Part shown: positions 46,801 to 59,498 of the stretch, in pieces | Position numbering within the stretch: position 1 is the stretch's first letter | Layout: each line of letters begins with the position of its first letter | NCBI GenBank assembly: GCA_907165135.1 | Contig: OU015566.1 | Coordinates: forward strand, 2,604,001-2,668,000 | Reading direction: 5' to 3' | Origin: Oikopleura dioica | Lineage: Eukaryota; Animalia; Chordata | DNA length: 64,000 nucleotides | The notes under the pieces: generated by a model | Told to the model about the DNA's origin: nothing | Seen by the model: the letters and a program-made list of their open reading frames with translations, nothing else | The model's database searches: none | Program-made: the position numbers and the translations under genes

Positions 46801-49800
46801 AAATCTTTTCGCATATGATAATTACTTGGTAAAATTTAGGTGTATTAACATTTAAATATCATATTTTAATATGAGTCATATTATATGACATTAGAAAAAA
46901 TAAATTTTGATTGATTAAGGGGGCTGACCTGTCGTCAAAAACCAAGAAAGGCTTCACCGCATTCCATATGTGCGCAAAATACGGACACCGTCAGTTGGTT
47001 CGATATTTGGCGGAAGCAGGTGCGCAAATCAATGAAGTGGCTCTTGGCGGTCTGACTGCACTCCACATCGCCGCGCATTATGGTCACGTGGAGGTGGTCA
47101 AAGATCTTGTTGGAGTCGGAATCGACATTTCTCTCCAAGCTCAAAAGACCGGCCACGATGCGTTGCATGTTGCTTCCCGACTTGGAAACGAAGAAATTGT
47201 TCGATTCCTCCTTGATTCCGGCGCAAAACCAGATTCGACTATCAAACAGGGCTTCACATCTGCCCATCTCGCTGCTTTCGGTGGCCATGCAAATGTCCTA
47301 CAAGTTCTTGTCGATGCCAATGCTGATCTAGAATTTGCCGCGAAAAATGGCCTCGCTCCAATTCATCTCGCAGGGCAAGTGGGAAATCTCGAATGCGTCA
47401 AGTTCTTCTTGGACAAAGGCTGCTCGCTCGGACTGACAAAATCTGGCTGTTCTGTTCTCCATCTTGTCGCTCACTATGGACACGAATCTCTTGTCGATGA
47501 GCTTCTCAGACACGCTGATGACGATGAACTCAACAGAAAAAATGACGCTGATTTCACCCCGCTTCACCATGCCGCGCAAGGAGGCCATCTCGGCGTTTAC
47601 AAGCTTCTTGTTGAAGCTGGAGCTCGGCAAGACATTGTCTCTTCTTCTGGAATGCGTCCGATTGACATTGCGAAGCGGCTTGGTTATGTTTCCATTGCTG
47701 CTGAATTCGACCTCGAGGATGTGAATAAAGAGGAAGCGACAAGCGAGGGCGGAAATGATGACCAATGGTCCGCGACTTCAAGCAAAATGATTATACCAGA
47801 GAGTCTTCAAGAATCCTTCCAGAATGAGTTGAAACAGCTGTCTGATGATGAGGTTAGTACATTATATTTTCAGTCAGGCAGCTGTTTTTATTAGAAATTC
47901 TCTTCCTTGATTTCATTATCTTTTTAGGAGGAAGCACCACAAGACTTCAAAGTGATGACTGACGACTCCCTTCTCGGCAAATCCTACTCTCTCAACTCAA
48001 TGCAGCATTCTAAGAGCCTGAATCAATATTCCCGAAGGGTCGACCCGTTGGACGAGGTCATCGACGATGAGGAAAAACAGTCTGGATTCCTTGTCAGTTT
48101 CATAGTCGACGCAAGAGGCGGAATTATTTCTTCAAGAAGACATCCGGAGCTGAAATTTTTTATTCCAGAGGGCTCTTGTCCAGCGCCAACGAGAATAACT
48201 TGCAGGTAAAACTTGATTGAAGAGAAAGCTTTTTTTTCAAAAAGGTTGATTATCAATCAATGATTGATGAAGCCCTTATCCTACTTCCATTGATGAAAGA
48301 CCTTTTCAGACCTTTTGTCTTTTACACTTGTCAGAATAGTGCCCCGCTTTTCACCGCCAAAGTCCAAAGGCTCGTGCAAAATTCAGCCGATATTGAATAA
48401 ATGATAGCAGCGCAAGAAGAGTAGCTCTTTCCTTGCGATCAATATCCCGCAATGGGCAACGAGACCTCTTTTCCAGAGGAGACTCCTTCTAATCACTCTT
48501 TTTCAGGACATTGGCGCGAGCATTTAGGCTTTTTTTCTTAAGAAATATTCTCTTCCTTGATTCCAAGAGATTTATTTCATGATTCATGATTAACGCAATT
48601 TTGACAGAACGGAATACAAATAATAACTCTAGAATCGCGAGATCGACGAAACCGCCACTATCGGAAGCAGAGAACCAGGCGACTTCGGTGGTGGAGGTTG
48701 CTCCTCACCCAATGCACTACGAAAGGTACTGTCGTTCATGTACTGTTATCGAAAATGAATGTGGATGGCACTTTTGGCTGACTTTGCTAGATTTGATTTG
48801 ATGCTTTAAATATGCTATCAAATTATTTTAATATCTCTGTTACTCCTTGCTTCTGTCTAAAATGAATCACTAGAATACCGCCAGTTCGCGAAGACGAAGG
48901 CGTCTGTGCTCCATTGTTGCACATGTCCCCGTCTCAGCAGTTTCAAGGGTAATTCATTTGTCTTTGTCGTATCGTCTGCCAGACATCTTAAAAAAGAAGA
49001 ATTGAATATTTCTTTATTTACCTTCCTTATCTTACTGTACCTTGAAGCCCCGTGGCAATTGATGTTCCACATTTCGGCACAACAGTCGGCGGCAGAAGAG
49101 AAGTATTTGTCCTATCCAGCAACGACGGTCTAAAATGGCATGAACATCCGTCCCTTTCCAGCGAAGAATTCAAAGAGTCCATTTCTCCCGAAGGTAAGAG
49201 GCTCCAAGCGACGCTAGAAACGAAGCAATAGCGAGGATGCCGCAAAGTCTGTTTTTTTGAATTTTTAATCATTCTTCTGCTTCAGACATGGAAGAGCCAA
49301 AGGAATTCGTGCATCGCATTATCACAACAGATTTCCCGAAATACTTCGCTCTTGTTTCACGACCAACTGTGGAGTATGGAATGATGGGACCAGAAGGAAA
49401 GAGGTTTTCCATAGCAGAGAAATTCTTCATAAATTAGTGGGTGCCGCTCCAAGACAATTTGTAGAACATTATTATACCGTGATTCACATTTCTGACTGAC
49501 CAGAATCAATTTCTATTGTAATACGTTTGAACAAAAGTCCTATAGGTTTAACATATGTTTTAGCACAGGGAAATGTTCAAACGATTTTTGAATTGGTCAC
49601 TCACGAATGTGAATCGCGGTAATATTTCGCTAAGCGAAGTTTTTGTTGAATAGAAAAACTTATGAAAAATATTATTTTTATGGTTTTCACGGTCAAGTTT
49701 TTAAATGAAAACCTTTCAAAAAGGCGGTGAACTTTCTATCCGCGCAGAGGATAAAGACGGAATCGCCTCGTTTCCCGAGAATGCTTTGGTGAAAAAAATC

Positions 49801-52800
49801 CGCGTCGCGCTTCAGACGCTCCCCATCAATCCCGAAGTCGTGAAAAAATATGCAGATGGAAAGCTTTATTGCGGCGCAGTTTTGACCGTCGAGCCTAGAC
49901 GTCGGAAATTCCACAAACTCATTAATCTCAGCATTCCGAGCCCGGCAAAGGACGAGCATGCTTCTGGGCTTAGGCTTCTTTACAGCTTGACGGAGGGAAA
50001 TGAACAGGCAGAATGGGAGGATCTGACGAATTCGGTCGATTTCTGCGTGACGAAGAATGGATGCTTGAGCTTCATGACAAATGTATCAGCGCGCTTTTGG
50101 GCGATTCAAGTACTCGATCCAGAGATTATTCCAGATCTCGAGCCGCTCGCTACGGCAATTTATAAAGAGGCGATTAAAATACCGTACATGACGACATTTT
50201 CTGTTTGCTTGAATACCATTGATCAGGAAAGGGTTATACATTATAACTTAAAAGTAAATTAAGAGCACTAAAGTTGGTAATCACAAGTATATAAGCATGA
50301 CATCAAGAGCAAAATCAAAAATAAGCATGTTGAAAAGTTCAGAAAATACAAAAAGATAAGAAGATTATGGTGTGCATTTTCGTTTGTTTTAATCCACTAA
50401 AGGTTGCTGGCGAAGTTCGACTTACAATCATCTGCGGCACAAGAAACGAAGCTCCTTCTGATCCTCGCCTTGTAGAACTCGCCAGAAGCAAACCAATCGA
50501 AGTTCATCAAGATGCGAGCATTTGGATCGACGTCATTGGCGACATTTCTCCACACTCCGACGATGCTCAAAAGGGACAAGCATGGTTTACCTTCCATCCA
50601 TTTGAAGAGACCCAGCTCAATCTCCGATTCAAGCCTTCTATAACAACTGGCGACAATTTAGACTTCCGCGTTTGTTTCTACCCTGAACCACGTGGCGGCG
50701 GAAAAGAGCCTATTTGCGGGCTCAACTGCGAAGTACGAAACAACCGCGAAGAGTCGCCAGAAGAATGCCAGCTTGATACAGTGTCAGTTCATAGCTCCAA
50801 TACGTACACTTATCTAGTGCCACCTGATACAAGTATGGACAGTATTGATATTTTAACGGAACTGTAACTTTATTGTCTTGTACAAATTTGTCTCCTCGTT
50901 GTTGTCAATATTTCAAATGAATATTATTCAATTGAATCCATGTTGATTTCTTCCACGAAAGCTCTTTGGTTAAATTTTGATAAAGTTTTTTTCAGTTGAG
51001 GTTTCGGATGACGAGCATCAAGAAACCGACCGTGGACGATCCTGCGGGGGCGACGAAGAAGAGCCTCCAATCACACCAGATGATCTTTTTCGCGACATTC
51101 AAGAGGTCAAGTCAAAACTTGCCGAAGTCAGGCAGTTGCTTGAGGGCAGATCAGGATCGACCAGTGGTATGACTTGTAGCCAATCAGAAATGCATTTGAG
51201 TGGCTACAAAGTAAGCACACCTGTGGGCACGCCGATGAAAATTGATGAAAATACAGGTATGATTTCAATTTCTTGAGCGATTAGGGACTAATCCGCTCTA
51301 GAATTGATGGACTCCGTTTTCGGGACAATCTGCAACGAAGATGAACATGGCGTGCTTGAAGAAATGGAAAAGCTTCGATCAAAGTTTAACGAGCGACGCT
51401 CGCCTGAGGGCGCGCCATCTTTTTCCCAAAATCCGGAAATGACCAAACTCGCCGGTATCTTCCAAGCCCGCGTCGAGCAAGAACTGAAAGAAAAAGAACA
51501 AGAGCGGCTGATCGCAAAGACCGCGAATGAAATTTTCAACGAAACATTCGAAAGCATCATCCGCGAGAACAGCCAATCGCAGAAAAAGAGGTATGAACCC
51601 GTGGATAAGTGCATATGTGTGGCATATTGGTGACAATTTTCGGCTCGATTTGCGTCACGAAATCCGAGCGGTAATGTTGAATAAAGTAAATTAAGGATGT
51701 CGATCAAAGACAGAATTGCATCGATCGAGACGGGAGAGTGGCGTTTTAGTTCAGACGACGAGGCCGACGAGAAAAAATCCCAAACCAAGGTGAGAGATTT
51801 TATTTTTTGTTCATTTTAAGGATATAGCCTATGAAATTGAGTTTTCATAGCGCCTAAATGCAACGTCGGATCATTATATTTCAAAAGCAGTCCTATCTAA
51901 AAATGTACGCAGAACTCGATTCTGGTACTTTTTTAAAATTTTTCATTTGAATTTTTCTCTTTAGAGCGTTTTGAAATCTTACGATCGCGATTTCTCGAAA
52001 TATTTACATTAAATCGGTCGAGTTTTTTTGATAAAAAACTAATCTAGACCCTTATCTACAATATTGTGGGTTCGGTTTTCTCTTATCCCGACAAAAACCG
52101 ATTTAAGAGCTATTTCCGTGAGGCTTCCTCGGCGCGTGAATAGTGTAAAAAGCGCCGCGCTGTGTGCTCAATCTCTCGACTCCTCTTTCCCGAGAGAGAG
52201 TGCGCGTTTTAAAGAGCGCTCTGATTGGTTAGACCTAAAAAAACGAGCAAGGAAGAAAAATAGGAGCATGAAAGAGGAAAACACTAGAATGATAATTTGC
52301 CCGAGTTTGAGAAATTTTCAGCCACAATATTCTAGTTTAGTATTTTGCTAATGCAGTCATTGGTTTAGTTTTAGCGATTTAATGTAAAAATTTCGAGAAA
52401 TCGCGATCGTAAGATTTCGAAACGATCTAAAGAGAAAAAATCAAATGAAAATTTTTAAAAAAGTACCAGAATCGAGTTCTACGTACATCTTTAGATAGGA
52501 TTGCTTTTGAAATATAATGATCTGACGTGGCATTTAGACGCTATGAAAGTTCAATTTCATAGGCTATATCCTTAAAAGGCTTTAACAACCTTTTGAATAA
52601 GTAAGAAACCATAAGTCTTAATTTAAATTTAATTTTGAAATTGAAAGTTTTTTAAATAAATTTCAATGAAGATAATTATTAACTCGATTGTAGTTCTTCG
52701 TAATAAATTCCATTCTTTTACTAAACATCCAAAACATTACATTCAGGAAAATCGAAATACCGACCTTGAAGAAGTCAACCCCTTCGCCATGAACTCCGAC

Positions 52801-55800
52801 ATGCCGATTGAGGGCGAGGATGAAGAAATCGCCGAATTCAAGGCAGCAGAAACCATCCCTGAAATGATGAAAATGACTGAAACAGCCTTTGACGAAGCGG
52901 AAAATATCATCGCCTCGGCTGAAACACGGCTGGGTGAAGCTTGGGATCATACTCAAAAGATTTTGGAGAGGAATGATGGGGAAGAATCAGATGAAGTTGA
53001 TACAGGTTAAAACCGGGGATTATGATTTAGGGATAAAATTTTTTTAGTGACAGGAGAAAACAGCAGCAAAAATACTTCTGAGTCGTACAACACCGCCGTT
53101 TCTGATATTCGCGATCCAGATATCGGCTCAATCGAGGATCAGATTCTCAAGTCCGCGCAAAGCACCCGAGCCCGTCACTCGAGCGATCCGATTCCGTGTC
53201 TGACAGACTCGAACTTCATAGAGCAGCAAACGCGTGCTTCGTTCTCCGCGCTTTTTGGAGATCCTGTCCCCCAGAGCCGAATCGATGCTCAACTTTTGAT
53301 CATGATGTTCAGGAATGTCTCGAAAATTACCGAAAACTGAAGAAAGTTCTTCCTTACGCCAGTTAAAAATTCCTATTGCAATTATTTTTTGAGACAGAAC
53401 AAGAAAATGACAGTAAGCTCATCTTCATCAATGGACGATGTTTTTGAGCAAGAACTCAATACAGTAGCACTGGATCTATCGCTGAAGATTATCCAGGATT
53501 CGATTGAAGAGCTCCAGACGGAAATCTCACAAATTGACTCCGTCGAAAAAGCTGCAATGAATCTACTTGATGACATCATTCCTTCTGGTGAGTTTATGCG
53601 TGATTTTTTCTATGAACTCTTTCAGTCGTGAAAGAAATCAAGGAGGAAAACGATGCGAAAATCGATCGAAGCGAAATGGTACAAAATTGGCTGAACGACA
53701 AGGGCCAATCCGTTGATACAGTCATTTGGCGCAATCAGAGCGAGGAAAACGAGTGCGATTCCGTCTGTGAAAATAACACGTCTTATGAATCTGACGAAGA
53801 ATCCATCGTGACAAGAACCCTCCCTCTTGACATGAAAAGCTACGGGTCTTTTGATCAAGCAACATCGTTGACAGAAACTGCTGTAGCTGAGCATAACTTG
53901 GTCGAAGCCTTAGTCAATAACGCGATCATGAGTTCCATCACTGAAATCAAGCGCGAATACGATTTTGTCCGACAAGTCCAGCTCAAAGAATGCGTCAACA
54001 AGCTCGTCCTGGACGCCATCGGCTCAGCGATTCTAGAATCAAAGGAAGAATCCGACTCCCCGCAAGAAACTCAGCGTGAAGAAAAGTGTCATCTTCATCG
54101 AGAAATTTCAGAAGATACGACCATCGAAGCTCGCTACGAAATCGCTAGCTCAAGCGACTCTGAGGGCGCTCCTGAGCTCGACGAGCCGATCGAAAAAGGC
54201 CCCTGCAAGTATCTTCTCAAGCGCGATTCTTGCGAGCAATTTCGATTACGTAACAGCCGAACTTGCCCAGACCGTCATTCAGCTAATTTCGCATCAGTAG
54301 ATGAAGAGGATGAGAGCGATGATTTTCGAAAAGTGTCCTTCGGAAGCTGTAAGATCTACAGCTACAAAGTAGCGAACAGTGTGGACTTGGACGATGTGCC
54401 GGAAATGGACGATGACGATTTGGAGAGTCTGATCGAATCGGAAGCAGTAGCACTTACAGAAGATGCGATTTTCTTTGCAAAAAGGAACTCTACCAAGAAA
54501 TCTCTAAAGCAGAGCGAATCTTGCAGGAAACCGCTGAAAAACTCGTCTCGAAAGCGATCAATTCATCGCTCATCGACCTCTACTCTGATCGTAACTCAAT
54601 GGCGTCTTCAGACTCTGACGATCGAGAAAGCCCAGCCACCTTGCTAAACGAATTGCCTGATCCATCGGATTTTGTCTACACTTCTCTTGGATCAAACTGC
54701 AGCTCGATCGCTGGCGAGAGCCACGGCATGCTCCGATTGGATTCGATCGCTGAAGAGAGTGAGCACTCGGAATGTTCGCTAAGAAGCTCAAGCTCGAACA
54801 ACCTTGGTTTGATGCAAAATATCGAGCAAGCCTCGACCAATAGAACAGTTTCATACGGTCAAGAATCCGTCGAAATCGCCGAGTACTTCAACAACACAGA
54901 AGAATCATCAATGACTCAATCGCCAATCAAGATGTTTGTTCATCAAGGTTCCCTGCAGCATCAACCTTCTTACACCGGCTCTGCAGACTCAGCATTGTCA
55001 GATGTTGAATCTCAATCGCTTCTTGGTGGAAACAATTCTCCTTATTTCCGCCCTCAATCACCAACGCCCCCTGCCTCTCGCCTTTCCGGCGAGAATCACA
55101 AGAATCGAGCAATGGCTTGGACAAGGGAAGAGTCCCGGGATTGGAGATCTAGCGACGATGATTCAGCTCAAGAATCGATCGGAACATCTCCGCTTTTTAA
55201 TAGAATCCAAAAGCGTACCACGCCATTCCCATTTGGTTCAAGATCATCGACGATGGATTTGGACGACGGTCCAATCGAGACTCCAGAACAACAGGGTTCG
55301 ACCGAACAGCTACCAATTCAGCCTCGTGCTGGGTTCAATTGGTTCTCAACGACGCTTGATGAAGATGACGAAGCAGAAGAGCTTATTACAGGATCAGGAG
55401 CTCAAGGATCAACATCTCAGCATCAAGATCAAACGATGGACTTCGAAATCGCCAGCTCTATCGCTTCTTTCGATACAGTTATCGAGCGAGAGAATGAAAA
55501 CGTTGACGACGGAACTATCGACGAAACGACTTCAACCGGCTCTTCTCCGTCGATCATTAATTTGAAAGACGGAGGTTTTCCAGAAAGCGAAGTAGAGAGC
55601 AATTACCCAGCCAGTGATGATTTCGACCTGGTGCAAGTTCAGCCGCCAACACCCACTGACGGCTGCAGCCGAACCTTATCTCCTGAACTGATTCCTCAAG
55701 AAGAACCGGAAGTGGACAAGAAAAGATACGACTACGATCCGATTGAGCGAAAACAATCCGTGGCCGATCTTTTGGTTGAAAAAATGGAAGCACAGCTCAA

Positions 55801-57473
55801 CTCCGTCGCATTTTCTGTCGATGAACCGTGCGAAGCGCCCCCTGGAGAGACTCAATTTGACAAATTTCTAGAGGATATGCAGCGGGATTTCAGCCCTGAT
55901 TCGGATATTGAGACTTCTGTTTCCAACGAGACTGCTGTGGAGAAAATTTCGGACATTGAGTCGAACGAAGATGAACATTCAGAAAAACAGGAAGATCTTT
56001 CTCCTCATCACGAGTTCGATCATTACGGAGAAGAAGAGATTAACATGCTCGCGAGAATGCTTGACAACATAGCAACTGATCTTGTCGCAAGTTGCTTAGA
56101 TGATGTCGTTCATTCTGAAAGGCTTTCCTGCCAAACTCTTCGAGAAAAATTCAAGCAACAATTGAGTAGCGCTGAAATTGCCGATGAATTTGATCCGATC
56201 CCGAGAAGAGGATCAACAGGAGAGAGCAATCCTGAAGGCTTGCAGCGAAGAGACACGGGTATCCATGATCTGATGGCACCCGTCGAGGCGAAACCTGTCA
56301 AGCGCTCTTCTCTGGAGATATTCGACGAAGAAGACGAAGACGAAGAAGAGAATGATTCTGAGAACATTGGCGTTTCTAGAAAATCACCCCATGAAGAACC
56401 ACCAGCCGAGCCGACCTTTTCCACTTTTATCAGCACAACTGAAGAGACAGTTGTTCCGGGAAAAGTTGTCAGTGAATACATGACTGTCGGCGGCGAAGCA
56501 GCGGATGCGAACGTAACGATGCGAGAATTCGGCTTTCAGAATCCCTATTTTGACATGTCAAAATCGATCTCGCTAGAATCCAGCTCAAGAGGGGATACGA
56601 ATGAGCAGATTTCTTCGCCAGCGATGTTTGCTTCTGAAAATACACAGGTAAAATCATTTCATTCTCCAGAAAAGAATATCATTTTTAGGAGCTCCCAAGC
56701 GTTCCAGAAGAATCGCAAGAACCACCAAAAGATCCCTTTACAACAGAAGCGCCCGAGTCCGAGCGAGGTGATGACATGGAAAGTCTCAACTCAACATTTT
56801 CGCCATCGAGCTCGATTCTCGATTTTCGTCAGGACCCGCGTAATACTCAGTCTCTCACTGGATCGATTGAGCGTCGATTGAGGTAAAAATTTTTTTCAAA
56901 GCACTCAGCTATTTCCCTTCAGATGCACTTCTCGCTCCTCAGCCTCAACTTTGAGTTCCGGATCATCCCTCAGTCGACGGTCGAAATATTCAGATTCGAC
57001 GATTGTTTCTAGAAACCGCAAAAAATGCTCAGGAAGTGCACCACCTTCTTCTGATCGCTTTTTGCAACTCAAAAGTGGCGTCTTTACCTACAGGTTGCTC
57101 AAATTTTCAATTCGACTTTTTAACCTCAAATCAAGGATGAGCCCCGACGAAGAAAATCGCTTCGGACGATCAAAATCATCGAACACCGTCGAGCGTCCAC
57201 GAAGCGATTTGATCTGCTACTCGGACTCCGAGGAGATTTTCAAGCCAGCAGCGAGCGAGCCTTCGCTTTCAATGAGCACTGGAGATCTTTCAAGCCCAAA
57301 GGCGACCAATCTCAATCGATCAAACAACAGCTCGTCCAGGTATTTTCAAAAGAATTTCGAAAATATGAACGACAATCCTTAGTCGATTGTCAATTGGCGA
57401 AATCATATTCGGGCAGAGCTCGAACTCCACCTCTGCGACTTCTTCAAGCTACAACTCTGCGATGATGTACTGA
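43823..57473 (+). CDS. ANK: Ankyrin (membrane-binding ANK repeats, ZU5-ZU5-UPA, long acidic disordered C-terminus)
   Basis: [12 protein letters not shown] (44264); [13 protein letters not shown]; [10 protein letters not shown]...[17 protein letters not shown]; [19 protein letters not shown]; ZU5 [14 protein letters not shown]; [11 protein letters not shown]. The first micro-exon 43823-43846 (GC donor) is tentative; frameshift near 54480; stop at 57473. Confidence 0.93.
51820..52571. mobile_element. Foldback MITE with ~200-bp arms, TTAA TSD, GGATAT termini (in an ankyrin intron)
   Basis: TTAA at 51816-19 and 52572-75; GGATATAGCCTATGAAATTGA... is mirrored at the right end. Confidence 0.9.
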
Positions 57474-57921
57474 CCTTACTTGTTTATCTGTTTCCCCCTA
57501 CCGTTCAATAAATTCATATTATTCTTACTTCGAAAATGAAAACACCGAGGATAGCAAAAACAAGCCACAATCTGAAGCATGTGAAGCATGTGAAGCCACG
57601 TTTCGGGTGTAAAAATGTTGTCTTCGGTTTTTCATTTGCACCTGGTGTGGTCCACAAGAATTTGTTGTACTGAAGATAAGTGGTCCCATCATTGAAATTT
57701 GATGCTTTTTTCAATGATTTTTTCTCTGTTGGTCTTATTTTTCAGGAATTTTGTTATATTATTATTAATAATTAAAGATATTTATTATTCAATTTATAAT
57801 TCAAAAATATTTACTCTTGAATTAATATCATCTTTTCATTAAATTTGGCTTTAAATCTTCAAATTTTTTTATGGCTTTGAGACTCTACGGTAGTTCTCGT
57901 AATCTCCCTTTTAACTAATAG

Positions 57922-57945
57922 TTAGGGTTAGGGTTAGGGTTAGGG
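57922..57945 (+). repeat. Interstitial telomeric repeat (TTAGGG)4
   Basis: TTAGGGTTAGGGTTAGGGTTAGGG. Confidence 0.9.
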
Positions 57946-58223
57946 TTCCGCACGATTGGGACAGAGACTTTAAATTTACCAAAATTTTTAGATTCTACTA
58001 AAAATGACTAGTAGAATTCATTCCCGATCCTAGTTTTTCCTAAAAGCCATTTCTTCTGTCATTTTAAGGCTATTTAAAAATACCAAGTTTAATAAGCTTA
58101 TGCGCTCTGATTGGTCAACTGCGCAAGGGACTTTTTCTAGACTGAAGATTCTTCCATCTGAACAACACAGAAATTCAACCAATCAAGTTTTTGAAATTTG
58201 GGTCCTCCGATCCTGCGGAACCC
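57943..58223. mobile_element. Probable MITE with short TIR GGGTTCCGCA flanked by TA
   Basis: TA|GGGTTCCGCACGAT at the left and ATCCTGCGGAACCC|TA at the right. Confidence 0.6.
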
Positions 58224-58432
58224 TACTTTTAACTGTCTAAGAGAAATTTTCGGGTGGAGCTTGTTTTCGTCAATTTCTGACATCGTGAACCGACGCCAGG
58301 ATTATCCTGACAAGCTTTTGCGTTTCTCATGCAAAGCTCAACAGCGCCACGATACCGTTGAAAAAGAACTGTAGCTTGTGAAAGTTACTTTATTCTCGAG
58401 TCAAAAATTGAGATAAAATTGCTTGGCTCAGA

Positions 58433-59451
58433 ATGAAAATTCTAACGTTTCTCATATCATTTTTCTCAGCTGCTAATGCTCAACAATGCGAGCCAATCCC
58501 TGACATAGAGAATCTTAGGTACCAAAAGGGCAAAAATACGATACTAAAAATATTTCTAGTGTGAGATGCTCAGATGGAAACAACGAAATGTCGATCTGTG
58601 TTTTTTCATGTCTTCCGGGGACCATAATGCAACCAATAAATCATCCATTGATAGTCATTTGCCGGCGGAACTCCTTGGTATGGTCGAGTTCTTGGCCTGT
58701 CGGGTGCAAATCAAGTGCTGGGACAGACTTCTCCACGACAACTGACTTCTCAACAACATCGACCGCTGAAGGAACAACTTCTTCAACAACAACGAGTACC
58801 ACCCGAACAACGACCTCGACTACTACTACTACAACAACAGAGTACGATGACACAACGACTACAACAACATCAACAACAACTACAACGACGACGACAGAGT
58901 ATGATGACACAACATCGTCAACAACTACAACTACGACAACAACGACAACAACATCGACGACAGAATACGATGAAACTACTCCAACCTCGACTACCACTAC
59001 GACAACAACTACGACGGCATACGACTCAACAACGACGACAACAACGACAACATCAACTTCAACAACATCGACAACAACTCTCCCGCCACTCTCCCACGAT
59101 CAAGCTCTTCTCTCACTCCAACAATGGATCAATATAACATCAAATATTCTCTCCACACATCGTCGAGCTCATAAATTTACAGTCAGAAGCAGAAAACTCC
59201 AACGAAACGCTATCTCAACTTTTGATGAAAACTGCAGCGCTCCCTACGGTAAACAGCTTTACTTGCAGAATGACTTTGCCATTTGGAACGCTCAAACTGT
59301 TGTATCAGATGACCAGTGCACTCAATCAATAACTATGAAGGAAGGCTACAAGCACTGGATTAACAACTACGCCTGCAAAGATACGAAAACAACAAGACAA
59401 GTCAAAGCGATTTCTCGTTTTGTCGAGAAAATACCACATCCTTACTGCTGA
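58433..59451 (+). CDS. Secreted mucin-like protein: sushi-like Cys module, poly-Thr domain with EYDD spacers, C-terminal Cys domain
   Basis: Signal MKILTFLISFFSAANA; intron 58519-58559; C...C..SC.PG...C...W...C; (Thr)n-EYD[DE] repeats; AATAAA after the stop. Confidence 0.88.
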
Positions 59452-59498
59452 AAAATAAAAAAATAAACTTTATTGATCAATAAAAACTAAGCAAAACC

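Noticed and set aside
54470-54490. Programmed -1 frameshift in the ankyrin giant exon
   Set aside because: Adding one A to GCAAAAAGG restores [11 protein letters not shown]...; the site is not a canonical X XXY YYZ heptamer in frame. A homopolymer sequencing error or a polymorphism is more likely.
58641-59137. Val-rich antisense ORF and Gln/Arg-rich alternate-frame ORF
   Set aside because: By-products of the ACA/ACG Thr repeats of the mucin gene.
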